Notes under the pieces: generated by a model
What the model was told of the DNA's origin: nothing
Database searches by the model: none
What the model saw: the letters and a program-made list of their open reading frames with translations, nothing else
Made by a program: the position numbers and the translations under genes
NCBI GenBank assembly: GCA_964016885.1
Contig: OZ024758.1
Coordinates: 13,888,001 to 13,952,000 of the forward strand
Source: Eledone cirrhosa
Lineage: Eukaryota
Direction: 5' to 3'
Length of the DNA stretch: 64,000 nucleotides
Part shown: piece by piece, positions 12,745 to 24,476 of the stretch
Layout: every line of letters starts with the position of its first letter
How positions within the stretch are numbered: the first letter of the stretch is position 1

Positions 12745-13711
12745 GTAAGTAGATTTATGTTTATACAGAAATGACCTATAGATATTTCCCTCTCCTCTCC
12801 TTACAATTTATTACTAATTCAGATTGTTGTCTTTCAGCCCCCAACAACTATATCTTGTTTACTTTCATCATAAATTATTGTTGTATCAAATTAGAAATAG
12901 AAGCTTTTGGCTGATAATTGGGTTTGGAACCCTCTAAGAAATGGAAAAAGATGAGTATTGACGTACATCTTTTTCCATTTCTAAGTATTAAAGTACAGGC
13001 ATGTCAATACTCATCTTTTTCCATTTCTTATTGTGGTTTAGAACCCACTATCAGGCTAAAATTTCTTTAGTCAAAAATACGGCAAAGGCTTCTAATTCTA
13101 ATTTCAAACTCGCTCGCTGTTTCAAAACAAACTTACTTATTGTCATAGTATTTACTATAAAATAAAAAGGATTTTTATTTTTATTCACCATTCCTAGTTA
13201 AGGAATGAACCAAGGAAAGATCTTGTATGAAGTCGTTTAAGGTGCAAGATGGCCAGCATTGTCAAGCATTTTATCAGCTTTTAAAATATGTCCTACACAT
13301 TTTATAAAGGTTAAGAATTTGTATCCAGCGACTTGTAATGAATCATGTTCATCTATAGCTAAACACCCCTTAACAGTAAATGGTTGAGTCCATTCTTAAT
13401 AAGAACTACAGGTGGTATATTTCACTATTTTAGGCAACAGCTGCACTGTAAACAACAATGAATATTTCATTGTCTTAGTACAGTATTCAGTTCCTCCCAT
13501 AGGAAACTAATAAATAAATATTTTAGTCAAACGAAGACGATTTACTGTCTTTCATGAACTTACTACTAGAGAAAACTGAATATAAGTATGACTGCCATGG
13601 ATTCTCATGTTTGGAAAGTGCTAGCTTTATATTGGGTTGGTTCTTTATAAGGGTCAGCTGAAAAGTTCATAGGATTGATAAACAGCCAAATTCTGACCAA
13701 ATTTTATGGGT

Positions 13712-13989
13712 TTAACTCTTTAGCATTTACATTACTCTATATATGCTATTGTATTTTCACAGTAAAGGCTTTACCTCACATAATATCTTGCATAACATTT
13801 ACATTACTCTATATATACTATTGTATTTTCATGGTAAAGGCTTTACCTCACATAAGTATCTCACATGATATCGAATCTATGAGATTTTGATTTATTTTAA
13901 GAACAATATCTTAACATCAGTATGAGCAGCCGGTTAAGACCGGTGAGAATTCTGGCCGGATATAGCCAGTTTAAATGCTAAAGGGTTAA
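13712..13989 (+). mobile_element. Complete piggyBac-like MITE with two internal 72-bp units
   Basis: TTAA-CTCTTTAGCATTTA ... TAAATGCTAAAGGG-TTAA (TIRs plus TTAA TSD). Confidence 0.85.
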
Positions 13990-14121
13990 GCTTCGATGTG
14001 TTAAGAGGTTAACTTTACAATGAAGTGGTTACTGGTTTTGTCCTACTCTGCAACACTTTGGGCAAGTATCTTCTACAATAGCTTCTGCATAAACAATTAA
14101 ACCCTTGTGTGTTTAGCCAGG

Positions 14122-14390
14122 AGGAGGCATGTAACCCAGTGGTAAGGGTGTTGGACTTACAATCATAATGTTGTGGGTTCGATTTCTGGACTAGGTTGTG
14201 TGTTGTGTTCTTGAGTAAAACACTTCATTTCAAGGTGTTCCAATATACTCAGCTGAAAATATGTACCAGCAATAGCTGGGGGTTTAACCCTGCAATGGGC
14301 TGGTGTCCTGTCCAGTGGGGAGTCTTGTACTCTGTCACTCAATGCCACAGAAACTGGAATAAGCACCAACCTAAGGAGGCTATGGGCTGG
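14122..14390 (+). mobile_element. tRNA-derived CORE-type SINE
   Basis: A-box-like TAACCCAGTGG, B-box GGTTCGATTTC and a CORE-like TTCTTGAGTAAAACACTT segment. Confidence 0.7.
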
Positions 14391-14670
14391 GGACAGACTA
14401 AAATGTTGTGTGTGAAGCCAGATAGATGGAAACTGTGTGTTAATATGTGGTGGTGTGTGGTGATGTGGTATGATGGTGGTGTGGGGTTGTGTGTGATCGT
14501 GTGATGGTGTGGGGTGGTGTGTGATGGTGTGGGGTTGTGTGTGATCGTGTGATGGTGTGGGGTGGTGTGATGGTGTGATAGTGTGGTAGTGGTGTGGAGT
14601 GTGGTGGTGTAGTGTGTGATGATGGGGGCAAGTGAAGCAGATATTATGAAACTTCTACTAAGATTAAAGT

Positions 14671-14711
<41 letters not shown>

Positions 14712-14974
14712 ATCTCTCTCTCTATATATATATATATCTTTCTATCTCTCTCTCTTTCTATATACATATATTATAATTATAATATATATATATATATATA
14801 TATAACTAACCACAATCCTAATGTAATTGTTTAGTTTTGTTAAGTGTTTGCTCCCCCCCCTCCACTCCTCACTTACATCATTTTAAAAAGTAGGTGACCA
14901 GGAGAGGGGGGAGGGGAGAACCGGGGGGGGGGGGGGTGACGGAGATATAAAATAGCCAACTCCTAACAGCCAGA

Positions 14975-15415
14975 TTGTATTGTCAGTGTGTGTGTGTGTA
15001 CATGTATGTATTGTCAGTGTGTGTGTGTGTGTACATGTATGTATTGTCAGTGTGTGTGTGTGTGTGTACATGTATGTATTGTCAGTGTGTGTGTGTGTGT
15101 ACATGTATGTATTGTCAGTGTGTGTGTGTGTGTGCACATGTATGTATTGTCAGTGTGTGTGTGTGTACATGTATGTATTGTCAGTGTGTGTGTGTGTACA
15201 TGTATGTATTGTCAGTGTGTGTGTGTGTGTGTGTGTGTACATGTATGTATTGTCAGTGTGTGTGTGTGTACATGTATGTATTGTCAGTGTGTGTGTGTGT
15301 GTGTACATGTATGTATTGTCAGTGTGTGTGTGTGTGTGTGTACATGTATGTATTGTCAGTGTGTGTGTGTGTGTGTACATGTATGTATTGTCAGTGTGTG
15401 TGTGTTTGTACATGT
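14975..15415. repeat. Variable-length minisatellite CATGTATGTATTGTCA(GT)n
   Basis: About 13 units differing in (GT)n length. Confidence 0.9.
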
Positions 15416-15930
15416 ATGCATGTGTGTTTGTTCACTGGCATGTCAGTTTGGTTGTATGTGTGTATGCATGTTGTGTATGTACATGTACGCGTATATGCAT
15501 TTGGGGGCAGGTGTGTACGTGCTATATATATGTGTGTATGTGCTATATATTTACATGTGTGTATGTGCTATATGTTTACATGTGTGTATGTGCTATATAT
15601 ATTTATATGTGTGTGTGTGCTATATGTTTACATGTGTGTATGTGCTATATATATTTATATGTGTGTGTGTGCTATATGTTTACATGTCTGTGTGTGCTAT
15701 ATATATGTATGTGTGTGCTATATGTTTACATGTCTGTGTGTGCTATATATTTACATTTGTGTGTGCTATATGTTTACATGTGTGTATGTGCTATATATAT
15801 TTATATGTGTGTGTGTGCTATATGTTTACATGTGTGTGTGTGCTATATATTTACATTTGTGTGTGCTATATATTTGCATGTGTGTATGCTATGTATATAT
15901 AATATATGCGTGTATGCTATATATATATAT

Positions 15931-16088
15931 ATAGGAACAAGTATGACCCCGGCGGCAGAGCTCAAGCCGTTTCGACGGCTAATTCTGGACTAACTGGTCC
16001 TACTTGTTCCTATTACCCACTCTACTACCCTAAGTATTGAGTACTTTGGTGCATTATGGTCCATCTGGTTTCTTACCACATTTCCTTC

Positions 16089-16091
<3 letters not shown>
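15931..16091 (+). mobile_element. Penelope-like fold-back insert, family I (inverted 3' half-hammerhead plus tail) in (TA)n
   Basis: Inverted segment 15931-15992, then direct GGTCCTACTTGTTCCTAT plus a tail. Homologous to 61058-61252. Confidence 0.7.
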
Positions 16092-16133
<42 letters not shown>

Positions 16134-16540
16134 GTGTGCTGTATATATATATGTATGTATGTGTGTGCTGTATATATATATGTATGTATGTGTGTGCTGT
16201 ATATATATATGTATGTATGTGTGTGCTGTATATATATATGTATGTATGTGTGTGCTGTATATATATATACATGTATGTGTGTGCTGTATATATATATACA
16301 TGTATGTGTGTGCTATATATATATATATTTACATGTATGTGTGCTGTATGTATATATGTATGTGTTTGCTATATATATATATATATATATATATTTACAT
16401 GTATGTGTGCTGTATATATATATTTACATGTATGTGTGGTGTATATATATATATTTACATGTATGTGTTTGATATATATATATTCCAAACCCATGCAAGC
16501 GTGGAACACGGACGCTAAACCTGATGATGATGATGTATAT

Positions 16541-16881
16541 GGAGGCACATGGCTTAGTGGTTAGAGCATTGGCCTTGCAATCCAAAGATTGTGAGTTCAA
16601 TCCTCAGACCGGGTGATGTGTTGTTTCCTTGAGCAAGACACTTTATTTCACATTGCTCCAGTTTACTCAGCTGTAGAAATGAGATGATAGGACTGGGGTC
16701 CCTATCGTTCCACTGTAAAGTGGTCGTGGAGGTGCCACAGCAAAAAAAGCACCCAGCACTCACTGTAAATGAGGTTGGTGTTAGGAAGGGCATCCAGCTG
16801 TAGAAATCAAGCCAGAATCAGTTCCCGTCCCACCCTTGCAAGCAGGGAAAAGCGGACGTAAAATGATGATGATGATGATGA
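16541..16881 (+). mobile_element. Composite CORE-type tRNA SINE with GGAAGGGCATCCAGCTGTAGAAA tail ending in (GAT)n
   Basis: GGAGGCACATGGCTTAGTGG A-box, GAGTTCAATCC B-box and CCTTGAGCAAGACACTTTA CORE-like segment. Near-identical copies at 20540, 41733 and 61253 (-). Confidence 0.9.
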
Positions 16882-17281
16882 TATCAACACTAAAATCTTC
16901 AAAGAGTTTAAAGAGTGACTTAAAATTGTCCTTAATGAGCAATTAAATAAGAATATGAATTTGATATTGCCAGTAAATATAAATTAGTATGTAGGGTCAT
17001 GTCTGTGTGTCACTGGGATCAATTAAATATAAATGGTATGTAGGGTCGCGTGTTTGTCATTGGGGTCAATTAAAAGCCAGTTAGTTTAAGTGGAGTCAAT
17101 CATGCAATGATATATTTAATTGAACGAAGACCAATTAGCCTAGAAGTACACTAAATTAGATAATGGATTAGAAATTGAGATAATGTGCTTTCCTTTTCTT
17201 CTCTATTTATATATTAAATATATATATATGTGTATATATATGTATATATATGTGTGTATATATATATATATATATGTGTGA

Positions 17282-17312
<31 letters not shown>

Positions 17313-17316
<4 letters not shown>

Positions 17317-17693
17317 ATATTAATGAATGGAAACTATATTTATAGAACCATAATTATTTTATTATATATATTTCAAGGGCAACCAAGGCAATTTTGGTGC
17401 GCTTTCATCAAATAAAATACAAAAATACACTATCCAGCGAACCTTCAACCGTCAAGGTTGTTTTTCTACGGGTATGTCAACATTTATAAAACATATTTTG
17501 TATTTTATCTGATGAAAGCGCACCAAAATTGCCTTGGTTGCCCTTGAAATATATATAATATAATTATGGTTTTATAAATATAGTTTCCATTTATTAATAT
17601 ATTGAATATTTACTCCAGTTTAGCTGTTGAGTGCTTTATATCAGTTATAGAACTTTTAAGCTTGTTGAATCCCAACAAATTAAATATAACTTC

Positions 17694-17698
<5 letters not shown>
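17313..17698 (+). mobile_element. Penelope-like fold-back insert, family C, in (TA)n
   Basis: Inverted arms 17313-17424 and 17496-17604, a 71-bp spacer and a ~94-bp unpaired 3' tail. Each arm carries an HHR motif. Confidence 0.75.
17501..17564 (+). ncRNA. Minimal type I hammerhead motif (family C)
   Basis: UAUUUUAU-CUGAUGA-AAGCGCACCAA-aauugcc-UUGGUUGCCCUU-GAAA-UAUAUA-UA-AUAUAAU. The antisense arm (17355-17419) has the full AUAAAAUA strand but C3>U. Confidence 0.7.
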
Positions 17699-18380
<682 letters not shown>

Positions 18381-18382
18381 TA

Positions 18383-18757
18383 TGACACACGACCGTGACT
18401 TCTGGCGTCACGCAGTAATACAGGGTACCCGACCTCCCATGGGTACATGCTGAAGCATATAAACAATATGCCCCCCCCCCCCCCACCGCAAGGTGGTCGT
18501 GGAGGTGCCACGGCAAAAAAGCACCCAGCCCACACTGTAAAGTGGACGTGTAGGCGCCACGAAAAAGCACCCAGCACTCACTGTAAATGAGGTTGGTGTT
18601 AGGAAGGGCATCCAGCTGTAGAAATCAAGCCAGATCAGTTCCTGTATGAGCAAGGCATGGTCAGCCGACCAGACACTGCCCACAACAGGACAACCCGTCT
18701 AACCCATGCTAGCGTGGAAGAACGGACGTAAAACGGTGATGATGATGATGATGATGA
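18383..18757 (+). mobile_element. Headless retroposon sharing the GGAAGGGCATCCAG...(GAT)n tail (possibly LINE 3' UTR derived)
   Basis: Near-identical copies at 44430-44790 (-) and 60797-61050 (+). Confidence 0.75.
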
Positions 18758-19100
18758 TATGTATATATTTATATATATATGTATATATTTATATATATAT
18801 GTATATATTTATATATTTATGTATATATTTATATATATATGTATATATTTATATATTTATGTATATATTTATATATTTATGTATATATTTGTATATATAT
18901 GTATATATTTATGTATATATGTATATATTTATGTATATATTTGTATATATATGTATATATTTGTATATATATGTATATATATGTATATATTTGTATATAT
19001 ATGTATATATTTATATATATATATATATATATATATTTATTTATATATTTAAAGCCTCTTGGAGTGGGTATATCATCATTCCGTTAGTATACATCTATTA

Positions 19101-19171
19101 TGCAATTTACACCTGAAGATGTCGCCAGGTTCTTAGGCAACCAGGCCACTGAAATGTGTATAGTTTTTGCA
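19101..19171 (+). ncRNA. Degenerate hammerhead motif (family E) in a (TA)n-flanked island (about 19050-19219)
   Basis: AC-CUGAAGA-[GCC-a-GGUU...AACC-a-GGC]-GAAA-UGUGUA-UA-GU. The core is intact but the stems are eroded. Confidence 0.5.
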
Positions 19172-19214
19172 GGAATAAATAATCAAGGAAATTCAAGATA
19201 TTTAGCCTCCTGTC

Positions 19215-19280
<66 letters not shown>

Positions 19281-19401
19281 GGAGGTGAGTTTTATTGTAG
19301 TACAATAAAGCAATGCAGATATCGGATAAGAAGCACTCTACAGTTTGTAGGACTGGAGTATACATAATATAAGATCAAAAGATGGTTAAAGGAGTTCCAT
19401 G

Positions 19402-19472
19402 TATTTTATTATGCGCATTTCAAAAACAAACATCATCAAACAATAATATTTGTGTTTTCATCAGATAAAACA
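19402..19472 (-). ncRNA. Minimal type I hammerhead motif (family D, minus-strand arm)
   Basis: UGUUUUAU-CUGAUGA-stem II-GAAA-UGCGCA-UA-AUAAAAUA. Confidence 0.8.
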
Positions 19473-19578
19473 GAACATGATATGAAGGCTAAAAAACACT
19501 TGTTGATAGTGCAGTTGATATGTTGATTTAAAACTGCACTATCAACAAGTGTTTTTTAGCCTTCATATCATGTTCTCC

Positions 19579-19649
19579 TGTTTTATCTGATGAAAACACA
19601 AATATTATTGTTTGATGATGTTTGTTTTTGAAATGCGCATAATAAAATA
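19579..19649 (+). ncRNA. Minimal type I hammerhead motif (family D, plus-strand arm)
   Basis: CUGAUGA 19587-19593, GAAA 19630-19633, palindrome UGCGCA, predicted cleavage after A19641, 8-bp stem I. Confidence 0.8.
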
Positions 19650-19708
19650 TATGGAACTCCTTTAACCATCTTTTGATCTTATATTATATATATATATATA
19701 TATATATA

Positions 19709-20011
19709 CAGTTGTCCCCCGATATTCGGGGAGGGGGGGGGGGTTATGTTCCTAGAGCACCTGTGAATATTGAACGTGGTCCATACAGATGCCTATAAAC
19801 TTCAAAACGTAACGTGAAATATAGGCCAGAAAATACGGTATGTTGTTATTAATAATTTAGTGTTAAAAAGCAGGAAAAAAATAGATATTGCCACGAAAAA
19901 AGCCAATGAAAAAAGAGCAGAAGATATTTACGATTCCACGAATATGTAGTGATTTCCACAAACAATTATTAGTTAAGTTCTAAGGAAAATTTTGCAAATA
20001 CTGGGGTTACA

Positions 20012-20014
<3 letters not shown>
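19709..20014. mobile_element. Tc1/mariner-pogo (Tigger-like) MITE
   Basis: Imperfect TIRs CAGTTGTCCCCCGATATTCG / CAAATACTGGGGTTACACTG with TA flanks. Confidence 0.6.
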
Positions 20015-20062
<48 letters not shown>

Positions 20063-20069
<7 letters not shown>

Positions 20070-20488
20070 AAAAAGGGATGAAATCGAAAATGCAACTGAA
20101 GTCTTATTTTTTTTTTAAATATATATATTTATTTGGTTCCTTTACCGGTTTCGCAGTTCTTCTGCTTTTCAAAAGGTGAGTTGAGTATTGACAAACCAAT
20201 CAAATTACTTCTCGAAAAACCTGGAATTTCGAGCCACTTTTTCCATATAAAACAAGTAACATTCAGAGACCAACCAGATGTGAGAAAAACCACAGATCCT
20301 CCATCTCAACTCACCTTTTGAAAAGCAGAAGAACTGCGAAACCGGTAAAGGAACCAAATAAATATATATATTTTTTTAAAAAATAAGACTTCAGTTGCAT
20401 TTTCGATTTCATCCCTTTTTCTTTATACTTCCACTCATGTAGGACACCTCGGTTATTTTTCATTTTGTAAAAAAAACCTCACTTTCTA

Positions 20489-20489
<1 letters not shown>
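20063..20489 (+). mobile_element. Penelope-like fold-back insert, family F, in (TA)n
   Basis: 123-bp arms 20063-20185 and 20305-20427, a 119-bp spacer and a ~60-bp tail. Confidence 0.8.
20314..20351 (+). ncRNA. Minimal hammerhead motif with variant U3-A8 core (family F)
   Basis: CCUU-UUGAAAA-GCAG-aagaa-CUGC-GAAA-CCGG-UA-AAGG. An identical antisense copy lies at 20139-20176. Confidence 0.7.
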
Positions 20490-20539
<50 letters not shown>

Positions 20540-20543
<4 letters not shown>

Positions 20544-20875
20544 CACATGGCTTAGTGGTTAGAGCATTGGCCTTGCAATTGAAAGGTTGTGAGTTCAATT
20601 CTCAGACCGGGTGATGTGTTGTTTCCTTGAGCAAGACACTTTATTTCACATTGCTCCAGTTTACTCAGCTGTAGAAATGAGATGATAGGGACTGGGGTCC
20701 ATATCATTCCACTGCAAAGTGGTCGTGGAGGTGCCACGGCAAAAAAGCACCCACCACTCGCTGTAAATGAGGTTGGTGTTAGGAAGGGCATCCAGCTGTA
20801 GAAATCAAGCCAGAATCAGTTCCTGTCCCACCCTTTCCTTGCAAGCAGGGAAAAGCGGATGTAAAATGATGATGA

Positions 20876-20879
<4 letters not shown>
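20540..20879 (+). mobile_element. Composite CORE-type SINE
   Basis: Matches 16541-16881. Confidence 0.9.
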
Positions 20880-20928
<49 letters not shown>

Positions 20929-21096
20929 GTATATATTAAATATATATAAAATATAATATGTATATTATGTATATATTAAGTATATGTTATGTATATATTA
21001 TGCATATATCGTAAAAAGTAAATAGAAACAACAAAGCAAACACACAGTACTATGAAGAAATATATTAGTTTAATGCTTGAAATAACAGTAAAAGAG

Positions 21097-21132
21097 TCTC
21101 CACGTTTCAGACAACATTCCATCATCAAAAGA
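21097..21132 (-). ncRNA. Degenerate hammerhead motif (family A-related), probably inactive
   Basis: UCUU-UUGAUGA-U-GGA-auguug-UCU-GAA-ACGU-G-GAGA (C3>U, H17=G). The flank 21030-21095 is homologous to 59530-59595. Confidence 0.5.
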
Positions 21133-21239
21133 TGGAATTAGAAATAAAATAAATGAAATAGAAAGATAGAAAGGCAGAACAGGAAGGAATGGCAAAAACA
21201 AAATGAGGGAAAAAACACCGGAGCTTATTCAGTCATCCA

Positions 21240-21278
<39 letters not shown>

Positions 21279-21451
21279 CAGTGTAGTATATGTGAAGCAT
21301 TATAACGGTATTTTATCTCGTACCCGGAGGTAGATCATGCTTTTTACTTTTCTTTCATTTCACTGACTTGCTGGAAATAGTTGCATTAACGCTTGAATCA
21401 TTAATGAAAGCAAAACCATCCACTTCTATATACACACATATATACACACGC

Positions 21452-21484
<33 letters not shown>

Positions 21485-21588
21485 TATATATATATATATA
21501 CGATGTTGCGTTTCGTTTCGCTTTTTCTATCAGCCGAAATACGATTCTCACTGAATTATATTTATATATATATATATATATATGTGTA

Positions 21589-21620
<32 letters not shown>

Positions 21621-21663
21621 CATATATATGTGTATCTGTGTATATATATATACATATATATGT

Positions 21664-21712
<49 letters not shown>

Positions 21713-21719
21713 TATGTGT

Positions 21720-21753
<34 letters not shown>

Positions 21754-21757
21754 GTGT

Positions 21758-21791
<34 letters not shown>

Positions 21792-22076
21792 GTGTATGTG
21801 TGTGTGTATATATATATATATATATACATATATATGTGTATGTGTGTGTATATATATATATGTGTGTGTATGTGTGTGTGTGTATATATATATATGTGTG
21901 TGTATATATATATATATATATGTGTATGTGTGTATATATATATATGTGTATGTGTGTATATATACATATATATGTGTGTGTGTATATATATATACATATA
22001 TGTGTGTGTGTGTATATATATAGGTGTATGTGTGTATTTATATAGGTGTATGTGTGTATATATATATACATATATA

Positions 22077-22125
<49 letters not shown>

Positions 22126-22154
22126 ATATATATATGCATATGTATATATATTTG

Positions 22155-22191
<37 letters not shown>

Positions 22192-22982
22192 TCTGGAGAA
22201 ACAAGGAGGTGTATGGTTACTTGATTAAGTGTATTTAGAAATAAGAGGAAAGCATGTATATATCTGTGTGTGTGAGTGTATACATAAATAAACAAAGTTT
22301 TGCTGCAAAAAAATGCAAATGTCCAAATTTCTGAATCCATTCCACCCATGTAAGAATGTGTATGTGTATGCATATGTGTGCATATGTATGTATATGTGTG
22401 CATATATGTGCATGTGTGTCCATATATATGTATATGTGTGCATATATATGCATATGTGTCCATATGTATGCATGTGTGTATGTGGGGGGGGGGGCATCAG
22501 TAATGAATGATAAATAAATTAATTTAATATTTTCAAAAGAAATATAACAAAAAAAAAATACAAAAATAAAAAATTGATAAAAGACAAAATAATTTTTTTT
22601 TTTTCAAATTACAATTTTAAAATATAAATTTTTCTATTCTTTTTTTTTTTTAAGTAGTTTTGGTTTTTTTAAATATATTTGACCCCCTAACAAACAATTT
22701 TATCACTTTGTTTCATGTTGCTGGTAATATTGTTTATAGAAGAGTGTCTGGGTTGCTACTCTGGTAATTTCATGTAAATTAGTTTTGTTGCATGCTGCAA
22801 GGAACAGATTAAGCTAGTAGTAGTGGTAGTGGTAGTAGTAGTAGTAGTAGTAGTAGTGATAATGATAATAATAGTAATAATAAAAGTAGTAGTAATAATT
22901 CCATTAGCCACACAGGGCTCACATTAAGGAAACATTAAAGACAGTACAGGACGATACACTGTGGGGGGGGGGGGGGGGCACC

Positions 22983-23024
<42 letters not shown>

Positions 23025-23030
<6 letters not shown>

Positions 23031-23296
23031 ATTATGTAATAAACAACATAAGGCAATTATTCCATTTACCAGTGGTTTCTTAAAAGCAAAAGGTTTTGCT
23101 TTCAATCCTCAGAATGAAAAAATCCTGGTTTGTTTCATTCTGAGGATTGAAAGCAAAACCTTTTGCTTTTAAGAAACCACTGGTAAATGGAATAATTGCC
23201 TTATGTTGTTTATTACATAATAATAATAATTAAGCTCTGTTGCTTACATAGAGCACTCTTTTTTCCTGGACTTTTCCGATGGAATTACTTCATTCA
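23025..23296 (+). mobile_element. Penelope-like fold-back insert, family G, in (TA)n
   Basis: Perfect 95-bp arms 23025-23119 and 23133-23227, a 13-nt loop and a ~70-bp tail. Confidence 0.85.
23130..23195 (+). ncRNA. Type I hammerhead ribozyme motif (family G), fully intact
   Basis: UUGUUUCAUU-CUGAGGA-UUGAAAGCAAAA-cc-UUUUGCUUUUAA-GAAA-CCACUGG-UA-AAUGGAAUAA. GUA triplet with predicted cleavage after 23185; antisense copy at about 23060-23119. Confidence 0.85.
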
Positions 23297-23324
23297 TACA
23301 TATATACACACATATATATATATG

Positions 23325-23600
23325 CCATGATATTAAATAAATGGAAACTATATTTATAAAACCATATTTATTTTAGTATATATATTTCAAGGGTAACCAA
23401 GACAACATTGGTGCGCTTTCATCAGATAAAATACAAAGTTTGTTTTATAAATAGAGACATACCCATGAAAATTCTACCTTATCGGTTGGAAATTCACTGG
23501 ATAGTAATATCATGGAATATTTACTCCAGTAACTGTTGAGTGCTCTAAATCAGTTATAAACATTTGTTTGTCGGACTTCCAACAAATTAAATACAACTTC
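23325..23600 (+). mobile_element. Second family C insert (5'-inverted 23325-23505, direct tail 23506-23600) with HHR on the minus strand at 23369-23433
   Basis: Homologous to 17313-17698. Minus strand reads UAUUUUAU-CUGAUGA-AAGCGCACCAA...UUGGUUACCCUU-GAAA-UAUAUA-UA-CUAAAAUA. Confidence 0.75.
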
Positions 23601-23620
23601 TATATATATATATATATATA

Positions 23621-23726
23621 CATTGGATGTCCCCTTCTAAAAAAATGTATACTCACTTCAACACCATTATAACAAATATTGCCTGTACAGGTAATCAAAA
23701 TGTGTATACATTTTTTGGGGACACCC

Positions 23727-23730
<4 letters not shown>
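23621..23730. mobile_element. Small mariner-like MITE
   Basis: TIRs ...GGATGTCCCC..AAAAAATGTATAC / GTATACATTTTTTGGGGACACCC. Confidence 0.6.
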
Positions 23731-23788
<58 letters not shown>

Positions 23789-23789
<1 letters not shown>

Positions 23790-24008
23790 TGGCTCTTGGC
23801 TTCAGTGGTTAGAGAATTGGATTCGCAATCGTGAGGTTGTGAGTTTGATTTCCTGACCAGGTGATGTGTTATGTCCTTGAGCAAGACACTTTATTTCACG
23901 TTGCTCCTTCTACCTGGAGTTGCAACTGATAGATAGTATTAGCAATTGGGAAGACTAATGGAAACATTGTTTCCTCGGTCCAATCTGACGAAAGTTGCTC
24001 GAATGTCG

Positions 24009-24010
<2 letters not shown>
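23789..24010 (+). mobile_element. CORE-type SINE with an alternative tail
   Basis: tRNA-like head plus GTCCTTGAGCAAGACACTT; the tail is shared with 3228-3380. Confidence 0.75.
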
Positions 24011-24039
<29 letters not shown>

Positions 24040-24476
24040 TGTATATATGTATACATATGAGAAATGCTTTTTCTTCCTCAGAACATGTCCAGGTAGACAA
24101 ACACCTGAGAAATGCTTTCTTTTCCTCAGAACATCTACAGGTAGATAAAAACCTGGATATGTTAAATCACCACCACCATCACTACCACCACCACCACCGC
24201 TGCCACCATCACCTGTAAGAGCCTCTCTAACTTAACTGAAAGTTGTTTTTTTTCCCTCCTTTCTATTGTGGTTAATATATAACTGGTTTTATATATGGTT
24301 TATTTGTTATATCCTCCCAGAAACCATATTGTATTGGTTAGCGTAGATAAGTGATTGATTCACCAAAGAACACATTAATATTATCCATCTGACTCAGGTA
24401 GTCTCCACATTTTATTTATTTATTTATTATTGTTTATCGTTTTTATTTATTATTGTTGTTATTATTGGCAGTATTA

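Larger units (their letters stand above)
19278..19687 (-). mobile_element. Penelope-like fold-back insert, family D, in (TA)n
   Basis: Near-perfect arms 19364-19516 and 19532-19687 with a 15-nt loop. The unpaired tail (19278-19363) is on the left. Confidence 0.8.

Noticed and set aside
16541-16612. tRNA-like sequences at SINE 5' ends
   Set aside because: They run directly into SINE bodies, are multi-copy and lack a clean cloverleaf or Pol III terminator, so they are not tRNA genes.
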